From the NCBI GenBank assembly GCA_038227875.1, contig JBBRPR010000043.1, positions 1 to 64,000 of the forward strand: a DNA stretch of 64,000 nucleotides. The letters run 5' to 3'. This document shows positions 1 through 9,696 of this stretch, piece after piece; positions within the stretch are counted from its first letter, which is position 1, and the number at the start of each line of letters is the position of its first letter. A model generated the notes under the pieces. It was not told the DNA's origin, did not search any database, and was given only the letters and a program-made list of their open reading frames with translations. This DNA comes from Planctomycetota bacterium (GTDB taxonomy: Bacteria; Planctomycetota; SZUA-567; H5-PLA8). The translations under genes and the position numbers were made by a program.

Positions 1-1
1 A

Positions 2-163
2 AGGGAGTTCGGTTCGTTCTCCGGTACGCTGACGTACACACCGGGGAATGGCTACCGGCTGAAGTTGTCGCGCGACCGTTTCAAGCGGCAGATCCGCGAA
101 GCGGTCCGCAACGACGAGTTCATCGACAAGCTCGTGCACGGGATGTTCGTGTACGTTGAGTAA
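2..163 (+). CDS. 3' end of a hypothetical protein, truncated by the window edge
   Basis: Frame 2 is open from the edge (REFGSFSGTLTYTPGNGYRLKLSRDRFKRQIREAVRNDEFIDKLVHGMFVYVE) to TAA at 161-163, with GC3-rich codons. Confidence 0.6.
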   Translation, partial: REFGSFSGTLTYTPGNGYRLKLSRDRFKRQIREAVRNDEFIDKLVHGMFVYVE

Positions 164-345
164 GTGAAGTCGAGGGCGGCTCGCGGAAGTTCATGATTCC
201 GCGAGCCGCCATCCGTTCTCCCCCGTGGAAAAGGGGGGCATCGTTCTGAATTTTTCCGCCCCGACCGCGCGCAAAACCGACAGCACACCCCTGCGCGCGC
301 CGATCTCTGACCCCTGGCCCCTCGACGCTACGCGTCGCGCGCACC

Positions 346-2208
346 TCACTTCTCGTCCTGAACCTTCGGCTCATCCTTCGCCGTTTCTGCGACTTTGCCG
401 CCGCCGCCAAAACGGGCCTTCAGCAGCGCCATGAACATCGCGCGCTTGAGTTGCGGGAGTTCGCTGGGGTTTTCGGCGACGACGGAGCAGAACAGGAAGG
501 CCATCTCGTCGGTCGTCTGCTCGCCAAAGTGGACGCGCTTGGGCGGGCTGCTTGGGTTGCGCAGGTTGTCGGCGCTGTTGTTGTAGGTGTACTCCATGTT
601 GATCGTCGTGCCCTTCGGCAACTTCACGGCTTTTTTGAACTGATACTGACCCTGCCAGTTGAAATCCCAATCCTTAATCCAGAGCAGCTGTTTCTTCGAA
701 CCATCGGGCAGCGTCGCGGTGGCTTTCATGTCCTGACATAGAAGGTGAGCGTGCGGCGCGAGACTTTCCAGCTCGACGTCGATGGGCGTGACGATGCTCG
801 CGGTGACTTTGTAGCCCGTCTGCCCCGCGGCGATGTCGATGTTCCGGCTGCCCAGCGTCAAACCCGCGATGATGCGCTCCGGTTTTTTCTTCGAGAAGTA
901 AAGCCCGATCTCCGATTGTTCGTGCTCGGGTTTGCCGGTCGGATGGAAATGCGTCTGGATTACGAGGTCGGAACCTTTTTTCAGCACGCGCGCGGTGCCT
1001 TCGGGAAGCAGCTGCGGCATAGCGCCGGGCGCCCAGCCGCCGAGTCCGCCGGTCGGAATGAAGCCCGGCCCGCCGAAGCTCGAAAATCCCGGACCGGGAT
1101 CGGCATCGTCTTTCTTTTTAGCCGCGCCGTTGGAATCGAGGAAGAACAGCGCGTGATGCACGACGGCGCGATCGCTGGGGTGGTACTCGACGGCCTGGAC
1201 GTACTTGTCTTCGGTCAGGCCCGTCTGCAGCACGAAACAGCGGAAGACATCGCGGCCTTCCGCGGCGACGGTGTACGCCTCCGGCATTTTCAAAATCAGG
1301 TCCGGCTTGCCCAGTTGCCAGCCGTCGGTGAATTTCGGCAGCGGCGGCTTGTCGGCGGCATTGCCTTCCGCGCAGCCACCATCGACCCATGCTTTAATCT
1401 GCGCGATCTGCGCGTCGCTCAAGCGCCGTTCGTTCTCGAATTCGCCCCAGCCGGGTTCGGCCTTCCACGGCGGCATGTAGCGGGTGTGCGTCACTTCTAC
1501 AATCTGCTGAGCGCGCTTTTTTACGTCGTCGTAGCTGAGCAGCGCGAATGGCGCGACATCGCCGTCGCGGTGGCAGACGGCGCAGTTCTGAAACACAATC
1601 GGCGCGATGTCCTTGTTGAACGTGAGCGCGTCTTTCGGGCTCGCTTCGGCGGCGGTGATGAAGCAGCCGATGGCTTTCGTCACCGGCACGCTGACGGGCT
1701 TGCCGTCGAGGACTTCATCGAGCGCGCGGCGCAGGTCCTTCTGCGTGGCTTCGGCGCGCGATTTTCCGAAATCGAGGTAACGGTCGTCGATGCGGCCGCG
1801 GTAGAGCGTTTTGCCGTCCGGTGAAATCACGAACGCTTCCGGCGTGGTGTGCGCATCGACGGCCTTCACGAGAACGTGCGATGGATCGAGGATCACCGGA
1901 CACTCGAGCGCGTAATCCGCGGCGTGTTTTTTCGCCTGCTCGGCGCTCAGGGCTGAGTCCACGTGAATCAGAAAAAACGCGATGCCTTTCGCGCCGTAGT
2001 CCGCGCACAGGCGCTTCACTTCCGGCGCGTAGGCGTTGGAGATGGGGCAATCGTTGGTGATGAACAGGAGCACCGCGGCTTTCTTCTCGTGGGATTCCAG
2101 CGGCGTGTACGCGGCGCCGTTGATGTCGGTCACGCGGAGCGGTTCGGCGGCACAGGCGCTTAGAGAAAGGGCGATTAGTAATGTGGAAAGCAACGTGGAG
2201 GTTTTCAT
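346..2208 (-). CDS. Exported redoxin-domain protein fused to a cytochrome c motif and a copper type II ascorbate-dependent monooxygenase-like domain
   Basis: Signal peptide; thioredoxin-like NDCPIS...TTPEAFV...YRGRIDD; CAVCH heme motif; VVHHAL, THFH, PHAHL and DEM copper-ligand-like motifs. Confidence 0.85.
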   Translation of the reverse strand: MKTSTLLSTLLIALSLSACAAEPLRVTDINGAAYTPLESHEKKAAVLLFITNDCPISNAYAPEVKRLCADYGAKGIAFFLIHVDSALSAEQAKKHAADYALECPVILDPSHVLVKAVDAHTTPEAFVISPDGKTLYRGRIDDRYLDFGKSRAEATQKDLRRALDEVLDGKPVSVPVTKAIGCFITAAEASPKDALTFNKDIAPIVFQNCAVCHRDGDVAPFALLSYDDVKKRAQQIVEVTHTRYMPPWKAEPGWGEFENERRLSDAQIAQIKAWVDGGCAEGNAADKPPLPKFTDGWQLGKPDLILKMPEAYTVAAEGRDVFRCFVLQTGLTEDKYVQAVEYHPSDRAVVHHALFFLDSNGAAKKKDDADPGPGFSSFGGPGFIPTGGLGGWAPGAMPQLLPEGTARVLKKGSDLVIQTHFHPTGKPEHEQSEIGLYFSKKKPERIIAGLTLGSRNIDIAAGQTGYKVTASIVTPIDVELESLAPHAHLLCQDMKATATLPDGSKKQLLWIKDWDFNWQGQYQFKKAVKLPKGTTINMEYTYNNSADNLRNPSSPPKRVHFGEQTTDEMAFLFCSVVAENPSELPQLKRAMFMALLKARFGGGGKVAETAKDEPKVQDEK

Positions 2209-2450
2209 GGTGTGCGGCAATCTCCTGCAAATCCTGTTGGATACTCAAACACCGTCGGGCGAATGGATGTCACCGTTGAGATAAAAGCACGTTGCGAGCC
2301 AAAAGGCCCAAGACACGTGAAGGCGCCGAATTTTCCAGCGAATCGTGGGAGTCGGAAGTCTTTACTTAAGGCGGCGAGTTGTTGGCCATTTGTCCCATAT
2401 TTTCGTAAGATTTCTGCACACAAGTGGCGGTCTTCTTCGTCACACGGTCC

Positions 2451-4790
2451 ATGAAAAGCGAGATGACCATGGAAGCTGACCCTAAATCGCACCTTACTCC
2501 GAAGCAGGGAGAGGACCCTAAACCGCCCATGCAAGTCTACCCGCCGCCGGGTGCCGCCGACCCCTCCGCCACCAGCACCAACGTCCGCCTGATGCGCGAA
2601 GAAGTGCTCTCGGAGTTGCAGGAAGATAACCAATTTATTCTGCCGCTGCGCACGCGCCTGGCCTTGCTGGCGCTGCTGACCGCGTCGCTGTGCATCGTCA
2701 TGATTCTGGTTCCACGCCGCGGCCAGCCGCAGCCGGAACAGCAACCGATCGCCCCGTCGGTGACGCCCGTCGCACCCGTTGCGCCGATCGTGAAAGCGCC
2801 GCCGCCGCCTCCCGTGGTTGAACCCGTAACCTCCGTGAAGGTGCCGCCGGTGGTCGCGCCGGTGACGCCCGCCAAACCGTTCTCGAAAGAGCTGGCGGAA
2901 GTGGAAGTTTTCGCGGCGCTCGTGCGCGATGATGTCACGCTCGAACCCGACCGCGCGATCAAGCTGCTGACGCCGTACACGCAAAACGCCGACGCGGAAG
3001 TCAAAGCCGCCGCGAAAAAAGCGCTCGTGCCCGTCTACGCAGCGCTCAACGAACGCAGCCGCACGCTGGCGCGCACGGCCGCCGAAGCCGCGGAAGATCA
3101 TCTGCTCAAAGAGGACTTCGCAGGGGCGCTCGACGCCTTGAAATCCGGAATGGATGCGCTGCCGCCCGACGCACCGTTCAGCGAGCAGGGCAAGAAGGAC
3201 CTGCTGGCGGTGATCGACAAAACCACGCGCCGGCGCGAAGACGCGCGGCAGACGGCCTTCGCGGATCTGGAGGAGCAACTCCGCGCCGGCAACGCGGGTG
3301 CGCAGACGAAATTCACCGCGCTGCTCAGCCACCCCGATCCCACCTTCCGCCAGCCGGCCGAAACGTTGAAAGCAAAACTGGGCGAAGAGACCGCCAAGCT
3401 CCGCGCCGAAAAACAGAAGCGCGACGAGACCGCGCGCAAGGCGTGGAGCGAGCTGTTTCAGAAGTACGACGCGGCGATGGTCAAGGGCGATCTCAGCGCC
3501 GCCGGCGCGATGTGCCGCCGGCCGCCGAATGATCCCGTGCTGACCGGCGGCGTCGCCGATCCGCGCGCGACGCTTTCCGCAATGGCCGACGAAGTCACCG
3601 CGGTGCAGGCGCTCTACGATGCCGCCCTGGCCCGCGCACGGGACGAGAAGGGTCCCGTGATCATCCTCAAGCGCAACGGCGTGAAGATCGACGGCACGCT
3701 CAGCGGCGTCGAAGGCCGCCAGGTGAAGCTCAACTACCACGGCGCGGAAGTGGGCGCGTCGATCGATGAAGTGACCTCGGCGTCGCTCTCCTCGCTGGTC
3801 GGGTCCGACGTGATCCTCAAGCAGAACTTGAAACCCGCGCTGTGGGCCGTGAGCGCCTACGACGCACCGCAGAACGGAGCGGCGGAAATCCTGAAGCTCT
3901 ACACCGCCGCGAAAATGGATCCGCCCACGCACTGGCAGGAACGCATCAAGCTCGAAAAGATGAAGAAGCTGACCGAATCGCTCGAGAAGAAACTCACCGA
4001 ACTGACCGACGCGCTGGCCGGCGGCGAAGCCAACGGCGATGGCGTCAAGACGGCGCTCGACGCGCTCTTGCCGATCGTCGACGAGTACGAAAAAATCGAA
4101 CCGCTGAACGAAGCCAGCCGCAAGACCATTACCGCCGCGCAGAAGCTGGTCGGGAGCCGCGTCCAGCAGCAGATCGTGCTGCAGAACGGCGTCGTGCCGA
4201 CCGCCGATTGCGCCGTCTTCACCAGCGATCAGATCTCGGAGTACCGCGAAGATCAGAAGAAACCGAATCTGCCCAAGATCTACGGCTTGAAACTCGGCAG
4301 CGGCGGCGGCACGCAGCGTTTCCTTTTCCGCTTCGACGGCATCGAATCGGCGCTCGGCCGCTCGCGCCTGAAGAAAGCGACGCTGCAGCTTTACCAGATC
4401 GAATCGCCGAGCAGCAACGGCGCGGTGGTCGGCATCTTCGCGCTGAAGCGCGCGTGGAATCCCGGCAACGGCACGTGGTCCAACTACGATGCCGTGAAGA
4501 AGCTCGACTGGGAAACGCCGGGTGCGTCGAAGGAATCGGACATCAACACCAAGGACGAAGCGCGCGTGACGCTGGACAACAAGAACGGCGTCTGGCGTTC
4601 GTTCGACGTCACGTCGTACATGCGCAACGTCCTCAACGGCAAGCAGCCGAACCTCGGCTTCCTGATGCGCGTGATCAACAACGAGCCCAGCTACCAGGTC
4701 TGGTTCTACCCCGAGACCGACCTCGACCTGAAGCGCGACAAGACGCTGCGGCCGAAACTGGTGTTGGATGTGGAGAAGGAGAAGGAGTAA
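2451..4790 (+). CDS. Membrane-anchored protein with Pro-rich linker, helical region and C-terminal DNRLRE (CBM96-like) domain
   Basis: One TM segment (LALLALLTASLCIVMILV); C-terminal LFRFD...KATLQLY...FDVTSY...NLGFLMR...RPKLVL; start codon uncertain (2451, 2463 or 2469). Confidence 0.7.
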   Translation: MKSEMTMEADPKSHLTPKQGEDPKPPMQVYPPPGAADPSATSTNVRLMREEVLSELQEDNQFILPLRTRLALLALLTASLCIVMILVPRRGQPQPEQQPIAPSVTPVAPVAPIVKAPPPPPVVEPVTSVKVPPVVAPVTPAKPFSKELAEVEVFAALVRDDVTLEPDRAIKLLTPYTQNADAEVKAAAKKALVPVYAALNERSRTLARTAAEAAEDHLLKEDFAGALDALKSGMDALPPDAPFSEQGKKDLLAVIDKTTRRREDARQTAFADLEEQLRAGNAGAQTKFTALLSHPDPTFRQPAETLKAKLGEETAKLRAEKQKRDETARKAWSELFQKYDAAMVKGDLSAAGAMCRRPPNDPVLTGGVADPRATLSAMADEVTAVQALYDAALARARDEKGPVIILKRNGVKIDGTLSGVEGRQVKLNYHGAEVGASIDEVTSASLSSLVGSDVILKQNLKPALWAVSAYDAPQNGAAEILKLYTAAKMDPPTHWQERIKLEKMKKLTESLEKKLTELTDALAGGEANGDGVKTALDALLPIVDEYEKIEPLNEASRKTITAAQKLVGSRVQQQIVLQNGVVPTADCAVFTSDQISEYREDQKKPNLPKIYGLKLGSGGGTQRFLFRFDGIESALGRSRLKKATLQLYQIESPSSNGAVVGIFALKRAWNPGNGTWSNYDAVKKLDWETPGASKESDINTKDEARVTLDNKNGVWRSFDVTSYMRNVLNGKQPNLGFLMRVINNEPSYQVWFYPETDLDLKRDKTLRPKLVLDVEKEKE

Positions 4791-4847
4791 CCCGCCCTCT
4801 CCCTCACTGGGGGGTTAAGTTTGCGCGTCGCCCTAGTCTCGAAACAC

Positions 4848-4880
4848 ATTTCGACATTCGTCATTCGACATTCGTCATTC
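4848..4880. repeat. Short tandem heptamer repeat (CATTCGW)n
   Basis: atttcga cattcgt cattcga cattcgt cattc between convergent genes. Confidence 0.8.
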
Positions 4881-4886
4881 CGTCTC

Positions 4887-5339
4887 TCACTTCCGCGCCT
4901 GCTGAATCGCCGCCACCAGCTCCGCTGGCGCGTCCGTGCCGATGCGGCAGACGGAACCGTCGCGCAATGAAACTTCAACGGCGTCGAATCCGGAAACATT
5001 GTAGAGCCAGCCGCGCGGCGTGAGGTGAATGCCCCAGCCGTAGTACCAGGGGTTCGTCACGGGCTTGCATTCGCTGATGTTTTCGAGCGGGATTTCGCGT
5101 TTGATCACGCCGGGACCAAAGCCCCACGCCAGCCGCATGTCGGTGACCGTCACGGTCAGCGAATGAAAGAGCAGCAGGCACAGCGCCATCGTGCCGGCGA
5201 CGAGCAGCATCACGATGTGAAAGCCGTGAATCGACGTCGGGACGAGTGGCATCATCACCACCGATGCGAGCAGCATCGCCAACAGCGAGATGCGGATCAC
5301 TGTGCCGGGTTGAGTGTGACTGTAGCGTGGGGTTTCCAT
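4887..5339 (-). CDS. Small membrane protein, hypothetical (two TM helices plus PH-like region)
   Basis: 150 aa ORF; two hydrophobic helices, then WYYGWGIH...WLYNVSG...IGTD. Confidence 0.75.
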   Translation of the reverse strand: METPRYSHTQPGTVIRISLLAMLLASVVMMPLVPTSIHGFHIVMLLVAGTMALCLLLFHSLTVTVTDMRLAWGFGPGVIKREIPLENISECKPVTNPWYYGWGIHLTPRGWLYNVSGFDAVEVSLRDGSVCRIGTDAPAELVAAIQQARK

Positions 5340-5471
5340 GGGTAGTACCTCGCGTAATAGATAAATATACTGTACCTCATGAAACGCCCATTCGGCAAAT
5401 CCGCGCGGAGCCGTCGCGGGAACTGCCGTGCGCTGGCGGAATTACAGCAGCGGAAATCGCGTGCTCAAAAC

Positions 5472-5487
5472 TGGCATGACGCGTGCG
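5472..5487 (+). promoter_or_regulatory. Candidate sigma-54 (-24/-12) promoter
   Basis: TGGCATGACGCGTGCG, GG-N10-GC spacing, upstream of the 5709 gene. Confidence 0.35.
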
Positions 5488-5495
5488 CCGGTCTT

Positions 5496-5647
5496 AACAG
5501 ATGGCACCGGGGATCGGGCATCGGGCATCGGTCAGTTCGTATGCGCTCCGTCGTACAGGAACTTATCGCTTCGCTTGAGCGTCACGACTGCGCTTCCCCA
5601 AAAGCAGATGCCCGATGCCCGATGCCCGATCCCCGATCCCATCTGTT
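5496..5647. repeat. Inverted repeat built from heptamer units (GCATCGG / CCGATGC)
   Basis: aacagatggcaccggggatcgggcatcgggcatcgg (5496-5531) pairs with gatgcccgatgcccgatccccgatcccatctgtt (ending 5647). Confidence 0.85.
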
Positions 5648-5708
5648 CGCGTTCCCGTTTGCTCGAACGTTTTCCGGATGTTACGATGCGTCCGGAAAGG
5701 GATCTCCC

Positions 5709-6038
5709 ATGGCTGAAGAATCCAACGACATCGTCGAACGCAAAGTGCTGCTCCCGGTGAAGTTCGTGGAATACTGCGAGGAACGCGCGCGGCGCGAGAA
5801 TACATCGTTTGAAAAAGTGGTGCTGGTGGTGATCAGCGCCGGCCTGAGCGTGATCAGCGTCGAAGAACAGCAGGGCACCAAAAGTCTGATCATGAAAATG
5901 TGCGACCTGATGAAAACCGTGGACGAGAATTCCGTGGAGGAAGTGAAACGCATTCTGAAAGACGCGCTGAACCGCGCCCGCCCGGAGGAACGCGCGGCGT
6001 ACATCAAGATGATCCGGGATCGCGGGATTGAGCTGTAG
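5709..6038 (+). CDS. Small hypothetical protein, possibly ribbon-helix-helix DNA-binding
   Basis: ATG at 5709 after GAAAGGGA; KVLLPVKFVEYCEERARRENTSFEKVV resembles a CopG/RHH strand-helix-helix. Confidence 0.6.
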   Translation: MAEESNDIVERKVLLPVKFVEYCEERARRENTSFEKVVLVVISAGLSVISVEEQQGTKSLIMKMCDLMKTVDENSVEEVKRILKDALNRARPEERAAYIKMIRDRGIEL

Positions 6039-6049
6039 TTTTTATCTCT

Positions 6050-6146
6050 CGCAAAGACGCAAAGACGCAAAGAACGGCACGAACGGCGGGAATCGGGATT
6101 GGGGAATCGGGATTCGTGACGTGGCGAATCCCGAATCCCGGCCGTT
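6050..6146. repeat. (CGCAAAGA)x3 followed by a heptamer hairpin (GGGAATC / GAATCCC)
   Basis: Read directly, between convergent genes. Confidence 0.8.
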
Positions 6147-7683
6147 AGTGCGCCCGCTGAAACAGCACGACCGAAATCGTCTTGAACAGAATCCGCACGT
6201 CCAATTCCAGCGACCAATTTTCGATATAGTACAAATCCAGCTTGATCATCTCTTCAAACGTGAGCTGGTTGCGGCCGGAGACTTGCCACAGGCCGGAGAT
6301 GCCGGGCAGCACTTCAAAACGGCGCAGGTGGATCGGGCGGTAGGTTTCCACTTCGTACGCGATCGGCGGGCGCGGGCCGATCAGGCTCATGTCGCCTTTC
6401 AACACGTTCCAGAGCTGCGGTAATTCGTCGATGCTGAACTGGCGGATGAAGCGGCCCAGCGGCGTGACGCGCGGGTCCTGGGTCAGCTTATAGACCGTGC
6501 GCCCCTTCTTGTCCTTGGCGCCGTCGGCAGTGCCGGCGATGTACTTCTTCAAGTAGTCCTTGTGCTTCTCGACGCTGCCGTCTTTATCGGAACCCACGCG
6601 CATCGAGCGGAATTTCCAGAAGCGGAATTTGCGGCGGCGGAAGCCGATCCGTTCCTGAAAATAAAAGACCGGGCCGGGATCGGTCATCTTGATCGCCAGG
6701 ATCGTCGGGAGAAAGACCAGCGGCGTCAGGATCATCAGGAGCACCGTGCTGACCACGATGTCGAAGAGCCGCTTGCAGAGAAAATTGATCCCTTCGATGC
6801 GCGAGCCGCGCATGCCCAGCAGCGGGATATCGTCGACCAGCGTCAGGTCCATGTGGTCGAGCAGCATCTCGTAAACGTCGGGGACCATGCGGAAGCGGAC
6901 GTGCGCGCGGTAGCAATCTTCCGCGAGCGTTTTCAGCGCGCTGGGCGGAGCGTCGGGAATAGCGACGATGATTTCATCCGCGGCGTGTTGCTTCGCCAGG
7001 TCGACGAGATTAGCCGCGTCGCCGAGCACCTTCAGCGTAAACGCGCTGCCGACGGTGCCGTTAAGCGCCGAGCCTGGACGCGCTGAACCGGATTCAGTGG
7101 TGTGCGCTGAATGGAGTGTGCCGATCACGGTGTTCGTGCCGCGCTGATCCAGCGCCCGCGCGAGTTCCTCCGCCAGCGGACCGGTGCCGACGAAGAGCAA
7201 ACGATTCTGCCCGATCCCGCGCAGCGAAAGTGAGCGCGTAATCGAGCGGCAGACGCGCCGGCCCAACGTCAGGCACATCACGCTCAGCGGCGCGAAGAGC
7301 AGCATGTAACCGCGCGAATATTGGAACTGCTGATCGGAGTGCTGCTTCTTGACGTAGAAACTGATCGCGGCCAGGAGCACGCTGGCGACCGCGACGGCCG
7401 CGGAGACGCGGAAGAATTCCCCCGTGCTGTCTTCCGGTTCGCGGTAGGTCCCCATCTCGCGGAGGATCAGCCAGAAGATCGGCAGCGTGATGAAGACCGC
7501 GAGCAAGTACGGTTGATACGGAGTGAAGCCGGTTTCGCCGAACGGATGCAGGCCGTAATTCGATTCCAGCCAATTGTTGAGATCGAAGCGCAACGACCAC
7601 GCGGCCTGCATCGAGAGCAGCACCATCAGGGCGTCGCTGGTCGCCATCACCAGCGCGTGAGTTCGAACCCGGCCTTCGCGCAT
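6145..7683 (-). CDS. Polyprenyl-phosphate sugar phosphotransferase (WcaJ/WbaP-type bacterial sugar transferase)
   Basis: N-terminal TM helices and Rossmann-like region; KRLFDI...KFRSM...DPRVT..GRFIR..SIDELPQLWNVLKGDMSLIGPRP...PGISGLWQVSGR...D.YYIENWS. Confidence 0.92.
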   Translation of the reverse strand: MREGRVRTHALVMATSDALMVLLSMQAAWSLRFDLNNWLESNYGLHPFGETGFTPYQPYLLAVFITLPIFWLILREMGTYREPEDSTGEFFRVSAAVAVASVLLAAISFYVKKQHSDQQFQYSRGYMLLFAPLSVMCLTLGRRVCRSITRSLSLRGIGQNRLLFVGTGPLAEELARALDQRGTNTVIGTLHSAHTTESGSARPGSALNGTVGSAFTLKVLGDAANLVDLAKQHAADEIIVAIPDAPPSALKTLAEDCYRAHVRFRMVPDVYEMLLDHMDLTLVDDIPLLGMRGSRIEGINFLCKRLFDIVVSTVLLMILTPLVFLPTILAIKMTDPGPVFYFQERIGFRRRKFRFWKFRSMRVGSDKDGSVEKHKDYLKKYIAGTADGAKDKKGRTVYKLTQDPRVTPLGRFIRQFSIDELPQLWNVLKGDMSLIGPRPPIAYEVETYRPIHLRRFEVLPGISGLWQVSGRNQLTFEEMIKLDLYYIENWSLELDVRILFKTISVVLFQRAH

Positions 7684-7883
7684 ATGTCCTTTATACCCGC
7701 CACGCGCCAATTTTTCTACGCGCACCGTTAGGGCGGGATTGGGGGCTTCGGATTACTCAGCACCGCAGGAAGTGGCTTGACCATTTCCATTATAAGAAAG
7801 CCCGTTGACATACTCCTTGTTTCACCGCGAATCGCCGTTACTGCGATGCGCTTCACAAAGAAATGTGGCAGTTCACCAAAAAT

Positions 7884-8550
7884 GCCCCAAAGGGGCATCG
7901 GCTATAAAGCCCAGGGTTGCGCCGCAGGCGCTACCCTGGGTATAGTCGCAATTCACGGAGCAACCCTGTAAGGGGTTGTGGCTGCACCGGAGAAAACCGA
8001 TGCCTCAATCACTCGCCGCCGTCTACATTCATCTCGTATTCTCAACCAAAGATCGAAAACCGTTCCTGCGCGATCTGGAAGAACGAACGCTGCTGCACTC
8101 CTATCTCGGCGGCATTTCGAAAACTCTGGATTGTCCGCCGCTCACCGTGGGTGGCGTCGAGGACCACGTTCACATGCTGTGTCAATTCGGGCGGACGATC
8201 ACCCAAGCCAATTGACCAAGGAATTGAAACGTGCATCCAACCTCTGGATGAAACAACGCGGCGCATCCAACGCCGACTTTCACTGGCAGAGCGGTTATGG
8301 CGCGTTTTCCGTGAGCCATTTGAAATTAAATGCGGTGAAAAAATACATAGCGGAACAGGCGGAGCACCATCAGAAGGAAAATTTTCAGGATGAATATCGA
8401 ACGATGTTGAAGAAACACAACGTGTCATGGGACGAGCGTTACGTGTGGGATTGAGCCACAACCCTTACAGGGTTGCTCCGCGGGGGGCACCTTACCCAGG
8501 GTAGCGCCTGCGGCGCAACCCTGGGCTTTATAGCCGTTAGCCCGTTGGGC
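7884..8550. mobile_element. Y1 transposase element (IS200/IS605 or RAYT-like) bounded by long palindromic inverted repeats
   Basis: 7899-7983 is the near-perfect reverse complement of 8454-8536 apart from a short central segment; lower GC than the flanks. Confidence 0.85.
8000..8454 (+). pseudogene. tnpA: Frameshifted IS200/IS605-family (HUH, Y1) transposase
   Basis: IHLVFSTK, HUH motif DHVHML, then TGA at 8213-8215; the protein continues in another frame (KELKRASN...FHWQSGYGAFSVS...KKYIAEQ..HH). Confidence 0.88.
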
Positions 8551-8686
8551 TAAGTGACCTGCGCTTCGCTCGGCGCAGGCCGAACAGACGCACGGACGAG
8601 TGGATTTCTTCGCTGCGTTCTCATTGAAAAAGGACTACTAGGGCGGCGCGGTAATTGTCGACCCGTATTTTCACTACTCGACCGGC

Positions 8687-9541
8687 CTACCGCCCGCCGC
8701 GCGCTTCCTTCAGCCGAAACTGCGCGGGGCTCATGCCCATGCATTGCTTGAATGCCGTCGAGAACGCAAACGGATTGTGGTAGCCGACTTGATAGCTGAT
8801 CGCTTCGATCTTGTCCGGCGTTGTCGCGAGCATCGCGGCGGCTTTGCGCATCCGTAAATAGCGGACTTGTTCGAGCGGGCTGCGGCCGAGCTGGCGTTGC
8901 GACAGGCGGCGCAGGTGTTCGCCGCTCATGCAGGCCGTGCGCGCGAGTTCGTGCAGCGACCAGTCCGCGGCGAGGTCCGTGTCGACGGCGCTCCAGACGC
9001 GCCACAGGCGATCGTCCTTGTGATAGGGCTGCAGGATGCGCGAGACGAGGAGCTGAATCAATTCGGCGGAATGCTCCATCACGGCGGCCGACGCCGCGCC
9101 GACGGATTCCCAATACAGGCCTTGGATCGCGTTGAGCATCGGGCGCGGATCGACTTGGAGCAGCGTGGGGCAGGGCGCGTCGATGATCGGCTTGATGTCC
9201 GGCGGTTCGGCGTAGCAGACCCAGCAGACGTTCCACGTCACGCCCTTGATCGCGTGGTACGCGCTGAGCGTCCGCGGCGGCGTGATGTAGGCCATGCCTT
9301 CCGTGCAGCGGCGGAAGCGGCCGTCGATCAAGACGCGACCCTCGCCGCCGTGGCAGATCAGCACCTGGCTCATGTTGTGTTTTTCGCGGACAAAGCGGAA
9401 ACCGTGGCGCGCTTCGGAGACGCCGGTGAGCGGAATGCGGTGGCGGCCGAGCGCTGAACAGACGTGCGAGGGCACCATCCATTCGCGGGTCTTGGCGCCG
9501 ATCGAGTGTGTTTCACGAAGTTCCATCAGGTCGTCAAGCAT
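8687..9541 (-). CDS. AraC-family transcriptional regulator
   Basis: C-terminal double HTH: WSLHELAR..CMSGEHLRR...R.RKAA..L...IEAIS..VGY.NPFAFS.AFK..G.SP. Confidence 0.92.
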   Translation of the reverse strand: MLDDLMELRETHSIGAKTREWMVPSHVCSALGRHRIPLTGVSEARHGFRFVREKHNMSQVLICHGGEGRVLIDGRFRRCTEGMAYITPPRTLSAYHAIKGVTWNVCWVCYAEPPDIKPIIDAPCPTLLQVDPRPMLNAIQGLYWESVGAASAAVMEHSAELIQLLVSRILQPYHKDDRLWRVWSAVDTDLAADWSLHELARTACMSGEHLRRLSQRQLGRSPLEQVRYLRMRKAAAMLATTPDKIEAISYQVGYHNPFAFSTAFKQCMGMSPAQFRLKEARGGR

Positions 9542-9696
9542 AGCGGCACAGCGTCCACGCGCTACTGACAGCCCGCAATATTATGTGGATCTGACGAATG
9601 TCTCTGTTGATCCGAATTATGGCTCTGGAAGCACCGGCGTGATAGAGTTTCGAACGTTGAAAGCCACTGCGCACTAAACCTCAGGAGCCCCCGCTG

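Noticed and set aside
5379..5708. Upstream extension of ORF 5379-6038
   Set aside because: It translates the heptamer repeats; an RBS supports the start at 5709
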